This document shows positions 1 to 9,600 of a stretch of 46,726 nt of DNA, piece after piece. Location of the stretch: assembly GCA_024277055.1 (NCBI GenBank), contig JAJRVZ010000080.1, positions 1 through 46,726 of the forward strand, written 5' to 3'. Position 1 is the first letter of the stretch; each line of letters starts with the position of its first letter. Source of the stretch: Calditrichota bacterium. GTDB taxonomy: Bacteria > Calditrichota > Calditrichia > JAJRVZ01. A model generated the notes under the pieces. It searched no databases. It worked only from the letters and a program-made list of their open reading frames with translations, and had not been told where the DNA came from. Made by a program: the position numbers and the translations under genes.

Positions 1-149
1 ACCGCAGGCAGATATTTTTCATCAAATGGAAGGACTTTTTGTTTTTGGTTTTTCAAATACCGATATACAAGATACGCCGCTTCGAGACTGAAAAGTCCGA
101 TTATGAGCAGTGCAACAAAATACGTATTAATTAAAATGAGACTTAACAT
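1..149 (-). CDS. hypothetical protein, N-terminal fragment running off the window start; predicted N-terminal transmembrane helix
   Basis: ATG at 149 lies 3 nt after the lptE-like stop. It reads MLSLILINTYFVALLIIGLFSLEAAYLVYRYLKNQKQKVLPFDEKYLPA with no stop down to position 1. It is absent from the supplied ORF track because it is partial. Confidence 0.35.
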   Translation of the reverse strand, partial: MLSLILINTYFVALLIIGLFSLEAAYLVYRYLKNQKQKVLPFDEKYLPA

Positions 150-152
150 TTT

Positions 153-650
153 TTACCAGTACCCCAGTGTGTTATTAATAATGTCCTCAGCTATCTTTTC
201 GATCGCTTCCGCTATTGCCTGATCACGTTCATCCTGGAGACCGGCGCCTGACATGGTACCGAACTGACTAATCGTTTTCTGCCAGAGCGTTTTGTTTTGT
301 TTAATATCTTCACATTTCACACGTACATTCACATAGACCTGGAATTCGGTTACATCCTCATCCTTTGTCAGCGCGGCTGCCCGTTGCGAGATGGACATGA
401 TCGTGCCGCTGATGATTATATCCGCATTGTTTTCATTGGTGATCTTCAGCGTGTTGTCTTCCACAAAAGCATCAACCACCTTATTGGTCAAATCTTCGCG
501 AACGCCGGGATAAGCCGTGTTATCATCAAATAACGGAACTGCGACTTTTTTGATGTAAGATGGCAAAGCTCCCTTAAAGGAATAGTAACCGCAACTACTA
601 AAAAGCAAGATTACAGTTAAAAATAACAACGGACGGATTTTATAATCCAT
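153..650 (-). CDS. lptE: LptE-family LPS-assembly lipoprotein (putative)
   Basis: Signal peptide with lipobox LLFSSC. The mature protein starts CGYYSFKG, and its 165-aa length and residue pattern are typical of FCB-group LptE. Its start overlaps the upstream sigma-54 activator gene by 11 nt. Confidence 0.65.
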   Translation of the reverse strand: MDYKIRPLLFLTVILLFSSCGYYSFKGALPSYIKKVAVPLFDDNTAYPGVREDLTNKVVDAFVEDNTLKITNENNADIIISGTIMSISQRAAALTKDEDVTEFQVYVNVRVKCEDIKQNKTLWQKTISQFGTMSGAGLQDERDQAIAEAIEKIAEDIINNTLGYW

Positions 651-1800
651 ATTCTTTTATTTTTCGGTAAAGAGTTCGTTCACTGATTTGCAGCGCTTTG
701 GCGGTCTTGCGCCGGCTGCCGTTATACTTTTTTAAAGTCTGGCGGATCATTTCCCGTTCCATATCAACCAGCGTAGTCGGTTGTAATTCATTCTCCTCAC
801 CGCCTTCTACCACATGTAAATCTTCGTATGGTATTTCGTATCGCGGATGTTGAATGCCGGAATTAACCAGATTCATCAATACCTGTTTTATCTCCGTGAT
901 ATCCATTTTCAGCGACAACAGGGTACGGTAGATCAGTTCCCTTTCCGCCTGGTCGTGGGGCATATTCAACGGCACGGGCAAATTGCGGCCGTCCGGTTCT
1001 TCACGGCGTAACGGCAGATTGGAACGAACATACGTGGAATTTACTATTTCTCCCCTGTTCAGAATTATAGCCGTTTCAACAAAATTACGCAGCTCACGCA
1101 CATTGCCCGGCCAGTGATACTGCGTCATCAGTTCAATCGCCTCCGGTGAAAATCCTTTGAAAGTAATCTTTTGATCATGAATGAAACTTTCGGCCAGCTC
1201 ACGCACCAGCAACGGTATATCCTGTTTTCGTTTGCGCAGCGGCGGAATGTGAATGGTAATCGCCTTTAACCTGTAATAAAGATCCCGCCGGAATTCGTTG
1301 TTTTGCACGGCGGTTTCCAGGTCCTTGTTGGTTGCAGCGATCAGGCGCACATTCACTTTATGGGTTTTCGTTCCGCCAACGCGCATAAACTCCGATTCTT
1401 CGAGCACACGCAGAAGTTTCACCTGGGTGTTCAGGCTCATTTCCCCGATTTCATCCAGAAAAATCGTCCCGGTATCGGCAGCCTCGAAATACCCCTTTTT
1501 CTGCCCGGTAGCTCCCGTGAAAGAACCTTTTTCATGTCCGAACAGTTCGGATTCGAGTATACCTTCCGGAATGGCGCCTGTATTTACAGCGACCAACGGT
1601 TTATCCGCACGGTTACTCATACGGTGTATGGCACGCGCGATGACCTCTTTTCCGGTTCCTGATTCGCCCATAATCAAAACGGACAAATCCGTTGGAGCAA
1701 CCGTTATCAGCGTCCGTATGATTTCCTCAACTTGCGGTGAAGACCCGTAAAACCCGATTTCCCTTTTCAGGCTTTCGTAAGAATCCGAGTATTCTGTCAT
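640..1800 (-). CDS. sigma-54-dependent transcriptional activator (bEBP) lacking an N-terminal sensory domain
   Basis: AAA+ sigma-54 interaction domain with Walker A GESGTGKE, GAFTGA-loop variant GSFTGA and Walker B FLDEIGEM. C-terminal Fis-type HTH (RKTAKALQISERTLYRKIKEY). Only about 25 aa precede the AAA+ core. Confidence 0.9.
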   Translation of the reverse strand: MTEYSDSYESLKREIGFYGSSPQVEEIIRTLITVAPTDLSVLIMGESGTGKEVIARAIHRMSNRADKPLVAVNTGAIPEGILESELFGHEKGSFTGATGQKKGYFEAADTGTIFLDEIGEMSLNTQVKLLRVLEESEFMRVGGTKTHKVNVRLIAATNKDLETAVQNNEFRRDLYYRLKAITIHIPPLRKRKQDIPLLVRELAESFIHDQKITFKGFSPEAIELMTQYHWPGNVRELRNFVETAIILNRGEIVNSTYVRSNLPLRREEPDGRNLPVPLNMPHDQAERELIYRTLLSLKMDITEIKQVLMNLVNSGIQHPRYEIPYEDLHVVEGGEENELQPTTLVDMEREMIRQTLKKYNGSRRKTAKALQISERTLYRKIKEYGL

Positions 1801-1895
1801 TCTTTGGTCCTGATCCGGTTCTCAGCTAATCGTTGATATTTCTGTGTAAATGAGTCGGCCGGTTTTTGTTTTAAGTCTTTGTTTTCAAAGGAGTG

Positions 1896-1924
1896 AAGTT
1901 ACTAACGAGTTAAAATAAAGTCAA
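1896..1924 (-). promoter_or_regulatory. candidate sigma-70-type promoter for the sigma-54 activator/lptE unit
   Basis: The minus strand reads TTGACT-N17-TAACTT, about 95 nt upstream of the ATG at 1800. This is a motif match only. Confidence 0.3.
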
Positions 1925-2141
1925 GCAAGCCTTTGCCGGCTTTTCCGCCTGCCCCATTCAACGTTTTTATGCATCAAACAGACAAAAAGGAGTCGATTTG
2001 GATAAAAAAAATACAGTCATCCCTTCGAAAGGTCATGTCCCGAATGCGGTGAAAAAATGTATTTTTACCCTTCCTGTTGCGGCAACCCGCCCCTGTGGCG
2101 CTGCAGCAACTGTGGATTTATTCGGAAGTAACGATTTTGAA

Positions 2142-2546
2142 CTAGCCATCCAGTTCAATAATCCGCTTCCAAAGATCATCAGGGACAGGAATTACGGACA
2201 GCCGGGAATTTTTTAACAGGAGAAAATCGGAGAATTCAGGCATCCCGCGTAATTGCCCGAGACTGACCTTGCCGTTCAGCGCCCTGCCGGCTTTGATATC
2301 GACAACAAGCAGGCGGGGATTATCTCCGGCCGGATCAGGGTAGGGCTGCGAAACAACTTCCGCCAACCCGACTATATTTTTTCCTTTTCCGCTGTGATAG
2401 ATCATTACCTGATCGCCCGGCTGCATGGTTCTCAGAAATTTCAGCGCAAAATTGCTTGTGATTCCGTCCCAGACCGTCGTACCCTCTTTCTGGAGATCGG
2501 AAAAACTGTAATCGCCCGGTTCCGTCTTTAAAAGCCAGTATGCCAC
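2142..2546 (-). CDS. EVE (PUA-like) domain protein
   Basis: The string MAYWLLKTEPGDYSFSDL...VWDGI.SNFALKFLRTMQPGDQVMIYHSG is typical of EVE/DUF55 proteins. The GTG start directly abuts the hutI stop. Confidence 0.8.
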   Translation of the reverse strand: MAYWLLKTEPGDYSFSDLQKEGTTVWDGITSNFALKFLRTMQPGDQVMIYHSGKGKNIVGLAEVVSQPYPDPAGDNPRLLVVDIKAGRALNGKVSLGQLRGMPEFSDFLLLKNSRLSVIPVPDDLWKRIIELDG

Positions 2547-3785
2547 TTACTCCCCCTTCATGCGCGGGTTTTTGTAAACAACCTTTCCGCGTTTCATCGT
2601 CATTCGAACATGATTAATCCCGAAATGGTACGGCAAATATTCCAGGTTCGGTATTTCCATCAAAATCAGATCTGCCTGCATGCCGGGTTCCACACATCCA
2701 ATTCTGTTATCCGCCTCCAGCGAGCGCGCGGGATTGATACTTGTCGCCCACAAAAGTTCTCCGGGCATCAGCCCCATTTTTAATGCCGCAATAGTCCAGA
2801 CCAGCTGCATATTCTGCGTCATCGAGCTACCCGGATTAAAATCGGTTGCAAGGGCTACTTGACAGCCAGCCTCAATCATTTTACGGGCGGGAGCGTATTT
2901 TTCCTTGCGCAGAAAGAAGGTCGTCGCCGGCAACAGGATGGGGACGACGCCTGCCTCGGCCATTTTTCTGATGCCCTCATCGCTGATTTCAACCAGGTGG
3001 TCCGCCGACAGTGCCCTCATCTCGGCGGCCAGTTCCGCGCCGCCGAAGGGATGTAATTCATCGGCATGAATGCGTGCTTTCAGTCCGTGCCGCGCAGCCG
3101 CCTCCAGTATACGCCGGGTTTCAAGCAGATCGAACACGCCTTTCTCGGTAAATACATCACAGAATCCGGCCAGATTGCGTTCCGCTACCCGTGGAATCAT
3201 TTCTTCGCAAACCTTATCAACGTATGCTTTCCTGTTTCGGCGATAGTCATCCGGTACTTCGTGCGCCCCGAGGAAAGTCGGCAGCATTTCCAGAGCCGTT
3301 TCGGCATTCAACTCATTGATGATTTCAAGCGCCTTGATTTCATCTTCCGTGGACAAGCCGTAGCCGCTTTTAGCTTCTATGGTTGTTGTACCGTATTCAA
3401 GAAAGAATGAGATACGCCTGCGCGTATTTTCTTTGATTTCGCTTTTCGGAGTTTGCTGAAAATGCCGTGCGCTGTTGCGAATGCCGCCGCCGGAAGCGGC
3501 GATTTCCTCGTAGTCTTTTCCCTGAACACGCATGATAAATTCGGATTCGCGTGTTTTGGAAAATACCGGGTGTGTGTGCGCATCGACAAAACCGGGTAGC
3601 AGGCAGCAACCACCGGCATCGATAGACATATCGTAGTTATTAACCGGATCGTCACCAATGTATTGAATAACACCATCTTCAATCAGCAATTGCGGATTGT
3701 CGAACCGGCGTACGGCACCGAATCCCCCGTCGCGGTCGGCCGTGTAGGCATGAAGGATATTGTGAATACGAAGGCGCATATTCAT
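2547..3785 (-). CDS. hutI: imidazolonepropionase-family amidohydrolase
   Basis: 412 aa with metal-binding DAHTHPVF, plus the GYGL, HADEL and ATDFNPGSS strings characteristic of HutI. No hutH or hutU is present in the window. Confidence 0.75.
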   Translation of the reverse strand: MNMRLRIHNILHAYTADRDGGFGAVRRFDNPQLLIEDGVIQYIGDDPVNNYDMSIDAGGCCLLPGFVDAHTHPVFSKTRESEFIMRVQGKDYEEIAASGGGIRNSARHFQQTPKSEIKENTRRRISFFLEYGTTTIEAKSGYGLSTEDEIKALEIINELNAETALEMLPTFLGAHEVPDDYRRNRKAYVDKVCEEMIPRVAERNLAGFCDVFTEKGVFDLLETRRILEAAARHGLKARIHADELHPFGGAELAAEMRALSADHLVEISDEGIRKMAEAGVVPILLPATTFFLRKEKYAPARKMIEAGCQVALATDFNPGSSMTQNMQLVWTIAALKMGLMPGELLWATSINPARSLEADNRIGCVEPGMQADLILMEIPNLEYLPYHFGINHVRMTMKRGKVVYKNPRMKGE

Positions 3786-3788
3786 TAA

Positions 3789-4271
3789 TTACCCGAGTTC
3801 GCGGTGTAATTTTTCCCAGGTCTGTTCCAGCGCTTCCGAAACAACTTTCGTGCCTGTCAGTACCGGCATGAAATTGGTATCACCGTCCCAGCGCGGCACC
3901 AGGTGATAATGCAAATGGTCGTCAATTCCCGCACCGGCGGTTCGTCCAAGATTAATACCGATATTCATTCCATGCGGGTTCATGGTTTTATTGATCGCAT
4001 CGATGGCTTTTTTCAAAGTAGCATTGATATCTTCCAGAATTTCAGCCGAAAGGGCTGTAAAATCGGATTCGTGCTTATAGGGTACAATCAGCAAATGGCC
4101 ATTATTATAGGGATACTTGTTCAAAATAATATAGCAATGTTTCGAGCGGAAAGGAATGAGGTTTTTCCTGTCATCCTTTTCACCCGGTTTAAGGCAAAAG
4201 ATACAACCCTCATCTTTGTCGATAGCGCTTTTAATGTATTCCATCCGCCACGGGGCCCAAAGTTGGTCCAT
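3789..4271 (-). CDS. HIT-family nucleotide hydrolase/transferase (GalT/Ap4A-phosphorylase-like branch)
   Basis: Histidine-triad motif HLHYHLVPRW. The N-terminal WAPWRMEYI and CIFC strings are also present. I prefer the ATG at 4271 over the TTG at 4277 used by the ORF track. Confidence 0.8.
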   Translation of the reverse strand: MDQLWAPWRMEYIKSAIDKDEGCIFCLKPGEKDDRKNLIPFRSKHCYIILNKYPYNNGHLLIVPYKHESDFTALSAEILEDINATLKKAIDAINKTMNPHGMNIGINLGRTAGAGIDDHLHYHLVPRWDGDTNFMPVLTGTKVVSEALEQTWEKLHRELG

Positions 4272-4291
4272 AATCAATTCCTGTGTTTAAC

Positions 4292-4325
4292 AGATAAAAG
4301 CCCGGTGCGGTCGGCAGCCGGGCTT
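4292..4325 (-). terminator. intrinsic terminator/attenuator after the EF-G paralog
   Basis: The minus-strand RNA forms AAGCCCGG-(12-nt loop)-CCGGGCUU followed by UUAUCUGUU. It lies only about 20 nt upstream of the HIT start, so downstream genes probably depend on read-through. Confidence 0.6.
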
Positions 4326-4354
4326 CATTAGATTCATATTTTCAACGATCGAAG

Positions 4355-6442
4355 TTATTCGTCTTCTTCGCGATGCTTTTTAGCTTCTTCAATAATCTTC
4401 TGCGCCTGATCCGCCGGGACCTCCTCATAGTGCGAGAATTTCCGTGAATGAATTCCCTTGCCGGAAGTCATTGAACGCAGTGAAGTCGAATATTTGTACA
4501 ACTCTGCAAGCGGTATCTGTGCGTGAATTATCTGAAATTTGCCCTCACTGTCCATGCCCATGATTTTGCCGCGTCGGCTGGAAACATCGCCCATCACGTC
4601 ACCCATGTACTCTTCGGGTACTTTTACAGTAACATGATAAACCGGTTCCAGCAGAATCGGCTTCGCATCCAGAAAAGCTTTCTGGAAGCCCATGGATGCA
4701 GCCACCTTAAATGCCATTTCGGAAGAATCGACACTGTGATAGCTGCCGTCATAACAGGTCACCCTGACATCGACCACGGGATACCCGGCCAGCACGCCTT
4801 TTTGCATGCGTTCAACGACGCCCTTTTCCACGGCCGGAATAAACTTTCCGGGGATTACACCGCCGACAATGGCATCAACGAATTCAAATTCCGAACCACG
4901 GGGCATCGGCTCCAACCGCAGATGACAGTCGCCATACTGTCCGCGTCCGCCGGATTGTTTTTTGTATTTCCCCTGGGCTTCCGCTTTGGCCTTAATCGTT
5001 TCCCGGTAGGGGATGCGCGGCTCTTCCTCTTCGACCTCTACATGGTATTTATCTTTCAGACGCTTCAGAATGATCGCCAGGTGCAACTCGCCCTGACCGG
5101 ATATTATTGTCTGTTTCAGTTCGGGATCATATTCGGAAATGAACGTCGGATCTTCTTCATGTAAGGCATGCAACCCGGAACTGATCTTTTCCTCATCCCC
5201 TTTTGCCTTGGGGATGATCGCCGACCGGATGCTCGGTTCCGGAAATTCAATTTGTGCAAACTGAATTTTTCGGTTTTTGTCGCAAAGCGTGTCACCCGTA
5301 TGCGTTGTCTTTAGTTTCACAACAGCGCCGATGTCCCCGGCAACCATGGTATCCACCGAAGTTTTCTGCTTGCCGTTCAAAAGAGACATCTGACCAATGC
5401 GCTCTGATTTTCCGCTTCTAACATTCACCAGTTCTGCCCCGGCTTTCAGTGTACCCGAAAATACCCGGAAATAAGAAAGTTCACCGACATGCGCTTCAGA
5501 CACCGTCTTGAATACGAGCGCCGATACGGGAGCGGATTCATCACAAACAACCTCAACTTCGTTTCCGCCTTCATCGGTTCCCTTCACAGCAGGCATATCT
5601 TTAGGCGAAGGCATAAAATTCACGATTACTTCATTCAGCCGACGCACGCCGATATTCGGTGTGGCGGCTACGCAGAATACGGGATAAACGGAATGATCCA
5701 GAATTGCTTTTCTGAGTCCGCCGCGAAATTCGTCTTCCGTAAGCGCACCGGCTTCGAAATATTTTTCCATCAGCGTGTCATCGCTTTCGGCAACAGCTTC
5801 AATCAGTTTTAAGTGCAGATCTTCTGCCTGCTCTTTCAGCTCCGACGGAATATCTTCTTCCGTGTATTTTCCGCTGCCGTCGGTGGCAAAATTCATCTGC
5901 TTCATTCTGATCAGATCGACGATGCTGTGAAAATTGGGTCCGACCTGCACCGGAAATTGCGCGAGTACTACCTGGTGCCCGAAACTTTCTTCCAGTGCGG
6001 TTACAATCGGGTCAAATTCAATATTTTCCTTGTCCAGTTTATTTATGATAACAAATCGCGGCAAATTGTTTTTAATCGCCTCCTGCCAGACCAGTTCCGT
6101 TCCAACTTCGACGCCCCCGGCAGCCGAAACTACGATCATGGCACTGTCGGCGACCCGAAATCCGCCCACTACTTCACCAAAGAAATCGGGATATCCCGGG
6201 GTGTCAATCAGATTGATTTTGTGATTATTCAGTTCACCATGCAGCAGCGATGAGCTGATGGATATCTGCCGTTCAATTTCATCCTCGTTATAATCAGATA
6301 TGGTATTACCCTGTTGGATATCGCCGAGACGATTGGTCACGCCGAGATTAAACATCATTGCTTCGGCCAGAGAAGTTTTTCCTGCACCTCCATGGGCCCC
6401 GCACACAATATTTCTCAGATTCTCCGGTTTAAATTCTTTCAA
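4355..6442 (-). CDS. elongation factor G paralog (EF-G2-like translational GTPase)
   Basis: 695 aa with G1 AHGGAGKT, G3 DTPG and G4 NKLD, and EF-G domain II-V length. The TTG start is preceded by GGAGGA. No rpsL, rpsG or tuf is adjacent. Confidence 0.85.
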   Translation of the reverse strand: MKEFKPENLRNIVCGAHGGAGKTSLAEAMMFNLGVTNRLGDIQQGNTISDYNEDEIERQISISSSLLHGELNNHKINLIDTPGYPDFFGEVVGGFRVADSAMIVVSAAGGVEVGTELVWQEAIKNNLPRFVIINKLDKENIEFDPIVTALEESFGHQVVLAQFPVQVGPNFHSIVDLIRMKQMNFATDGSGKYTEEDIPSELKEQAEDLHLKLIEAVAESDDTLMEKYFEAGALTEDEFRGGLRKAILDHSVYPVFCVAATPNIGVRRLNEVIVNFMPSPKDMPAVKGTDEGGNEVEVVCDESAPVSALVFKTVSEAHVGELSYFRVFSGTLKAGAELVNVRSGKSERIGQMSLLNGKQKTSVDTMVAGDIGAVVKLKTTHTGDTLCDKNRKIQFAQIEFPEPSIRSAIIPKAKGDEEKISSGLHALHEEDPTFISEYDPELKQTIISGQGELHLAIILKRLKDKYHVEVEEEEPRIPYRETIKAKAEAQGKYKKQSGGRGQYGDCHLRLEPMPRGSEFEFVDAIVGGVIPGKFIPAVEKGVVERMQKGVLAGYPVVDVRVTCYDGSYHSVDSSEMAFKVAASMGFQKAFLDAKPILLEPVYHVTVKVPEEYMGDVMGDVSSRRGKIMGMDSEGKFQIIHAQIPLAELYKYSTSLRSMTSGKGIHSRKFSHYEEVPADQAQKIIEEAKKHREEDE

Positions 6443-6603
6443 TTTTCCTCCTAACGGAATTCGTTTAAGATTTGAAAATAATGAATTTTTTCGATTTGAT
6501 CTTCCATACCGCCAAAGCGGCCCGTTTTATATATTGGAAAACAAGACTGCGAAAGTAAGAAAATAGCCAAATTTTTGCAAGAAAAATTCGTAGTAAGGTT
6601 GAT

Positions 6604-9600
6604 CTATTCAGATATTTGTTTCGATACCACGGCACTCATGGATTCAATTCGATACGGTTTACTTAATACATCAACAAATCCGAACGACTGATAATCGGAC
6701 AGAACCGGATCGTTTGAATAACCGCTGGAAACGATTGCTTTAACTTTCGGATCAAGCTCCTGCAGTTTCGAAACCGTTTCACAGCCCCCCATACCGCCGG
6801 GAATCGTGAGATCCAGAATTACAAGATCGAACCGGTTACCGGCCAGCAATGCCTGCTCATACCTTTCCAGAGCATCTTTTCCGTTATGCGTTATGCTTAC
6901 TTCGTACCCCAGATGCGTAAGAATCTGCGACGCCAGCCCGCAGATCGTGTCATCGTCGTCCATCACGAGAATTTTTCCGGTTCCCCTTTCCAGTTTGCCG
7001 TTATTGCCCGATTCCTGTTCGATTCTACCTTTCGACGCAGGCAACCAGATAGTAAAAGTTGTTCCCTTTCCCAGTTTCGAACGGGTTTCAATCAGACCGC
7101 CGTGCTTGTCGATTATTGAAAATGCGGTGGCCAGCCCCAGTCCGCTCCCCTCCTGCTTGGTCGTAAAATACGGATCAAAAATACGGGTGAGATGTTCTTT
7201 CGGAATACCGATACCCTCATCCCTGATTGAAATGCAAACATATTTTCCGGGTTTCAGGCTGTGATGCGATCTGGTTTCCAGTTCTTTATTTGTCAGATCA
7301 ATGTGAACAGTCCCTCCGTCCGGCATCGCCTGTACCGCATTAATAATCAGATTCTGAACGACCTGGCTGATCTGTCCGACATCAATATCGACATTCCAGA
7401 GATTGTCACTGCGTCCGATTTTGCCTTGTACATGAGAACCGCTTAAAACAAATTCACTGCTGTCTTTCACTACATTGTAAATGGAGGCGGTTTTTCGTAC
7501 CGGAGCGCCCCCTTTTGAAAAAGTGAGTAATTGCTGCGTCAGATCTCTTGCCCTCAGCCCGGCATTTTCCGCCTTTTCGATAATCTGATAGCTTTTTTCA
7601 TTCTTGTTGAGATAAATTTTAGCCAGAGACAAATTTCCGATGATGCCGGTCAAAATATTGTTGAAATCGTGAGCGATTCCACCCGCCAGCAGGCCGACCG
7701 ATTCCAGCTTTTGCGATTTTATCAGTTCGTATTCAATTTGCAGTTTTTCCGTAATATCCCTGATGACAATGACATGTCCGGCAATCCGTCCATATTCATT
7801 ATACAGGGGAGCACTGCTCATTTCTACGTTTATGTGGCGACTGTCGGTTTTTTCGATATATAATTGGTCTTTATTTACGGCAACCGAATATTCCTCCAGT
7901 ACCGGCGCAAAAGGATCAGCCGGCCCCGAGGGCGACTGCACCCGCAAAACCTCTTTCAGTTCCAGCCCAACACACTCTTCTCTGGTTTTTTCAATCAAAG
8001 TTAATGCGGCATCGTTGATCAATACAATTCGATTGTTGCTGTCGGTTGTAATTACACCGTCTTCAATGGATGCCAGGGTAACCGCCATACGTTCCTTTTC
8101 CTGCAGCAACCTGTTTTCCCACTTTTTGCGTTCGGTTACGTCATGAATAACGGCCTGACCGGCCACCTTCCCTTCGAACTCAATCGGCACACCGGAAACC
8201 TCGGCGTAAAAATGTTCCCCGTTCAGTCGTTTCAGCACGATTTCTCTGAGCTGAACTTTTTCGTGGTATTGATACAGCAGACCGACCCGTTGATTCATTT
8301 GCGCATGATGTTCGGGATGTGTCAGGTCGTTCAAAGTTTTGCCGATCAGGTCACTTTGTCTTTCGGCGGCAAACAGAGAAACCGCCGTCCTGTTGCAAAA
8401 AACCACCTTTCGGTCAACATGGATGATCACAGCCAACGGAAGTTGTTCCATCAGCAACCGATATTTTTTTTCGCTTACCTGCATCGCCCTGTATGCTTTT
8501 TCCGTCAGTCTTTTCTCGTTCTCCAGCTCTTCTGTCCGCTCGGTTACCTTCTTTTCAAGACGTAAGTTATCCTTTTCAATTTTTCTCAATCTCCAGATAA
8601 TAAACAGGTAGGTAACGAAAAATAGAAACAGAATCATCATCGGCATAAACCAGGATTGCTTCCAGAACGGCGCAAGAATCACAAAATCGTATGCCGGAAT
8701 TTGCGTTCCCCACTTGCTGCCTGCAAAACGGGCGCGGACCATGAAAGTATATTCTCCCGGTGGTAAATTGGCAAAGGTCGCCATTCGTTCCCTCGTATCG
8801 GGAAACCACTCATCATTCAATCCGGTTAACCGGTAGGAATAAACCACATTATTCGAATTTCTCAAGCTGATGCCGGTAAACTTGAAGGTGAAATAATTTT
8901 CATTATACTTGAATTTATGCCTCATCTGAAAAGGAATATCGCTAAAAAATAAACTGATTTTTTCCAGCGCCAGTTTGGGAGGAACATTGAATTGTTTCAG
9001 TTCATCCGGTTTGATTTTTACGATTCCGCCGATTGTTCCAAAAAAAATATTTCCTTCCCTGTCGCTGAGCACCGCATTCTGGTTGGCTTCCACGGGAAGA
9101 AATCCGTCCGCACCGCTGAAATGCTGTACGGTTTTTGTAGTCAGGTCCATTTTATCAACACCATGATAGGTGCCGAACCAGGCATGATTAAATTTGTCAA
9201 ATGCGATGGAAACGATATTATCGCTGTTAAGACCGTTTGAAGTCCCGAACCGTTCTATCGAATCGGGAGAAACCCGATAGGCACCGTAATTTTCAGTTCC
9301 GAACCAGATATTGCCGGCAACATCCTCAGCGATACATTGTGCAGAATACCTGGAAACGCCACCCGGCAATTCAATGGTGCTGAACTTTTTACCGTCAAAT
9401 TTTACCAGGCCTTCATCTTCGCAGGAAAACCATTTGTTGTTTTGCCGGTCGATCAGTACGGAATAAATATACCTGCCGTTCAGGCCATCTGCTTTTTCAT
9501 ATTTTTTGATCTTTTCCCCGGCGGAATTCAACAACCAGGCACCATTGCCGTAAGTGGCCAGCCAGATATTGCCGTTTCTTTCCTCGGTAACGTAAAATGC

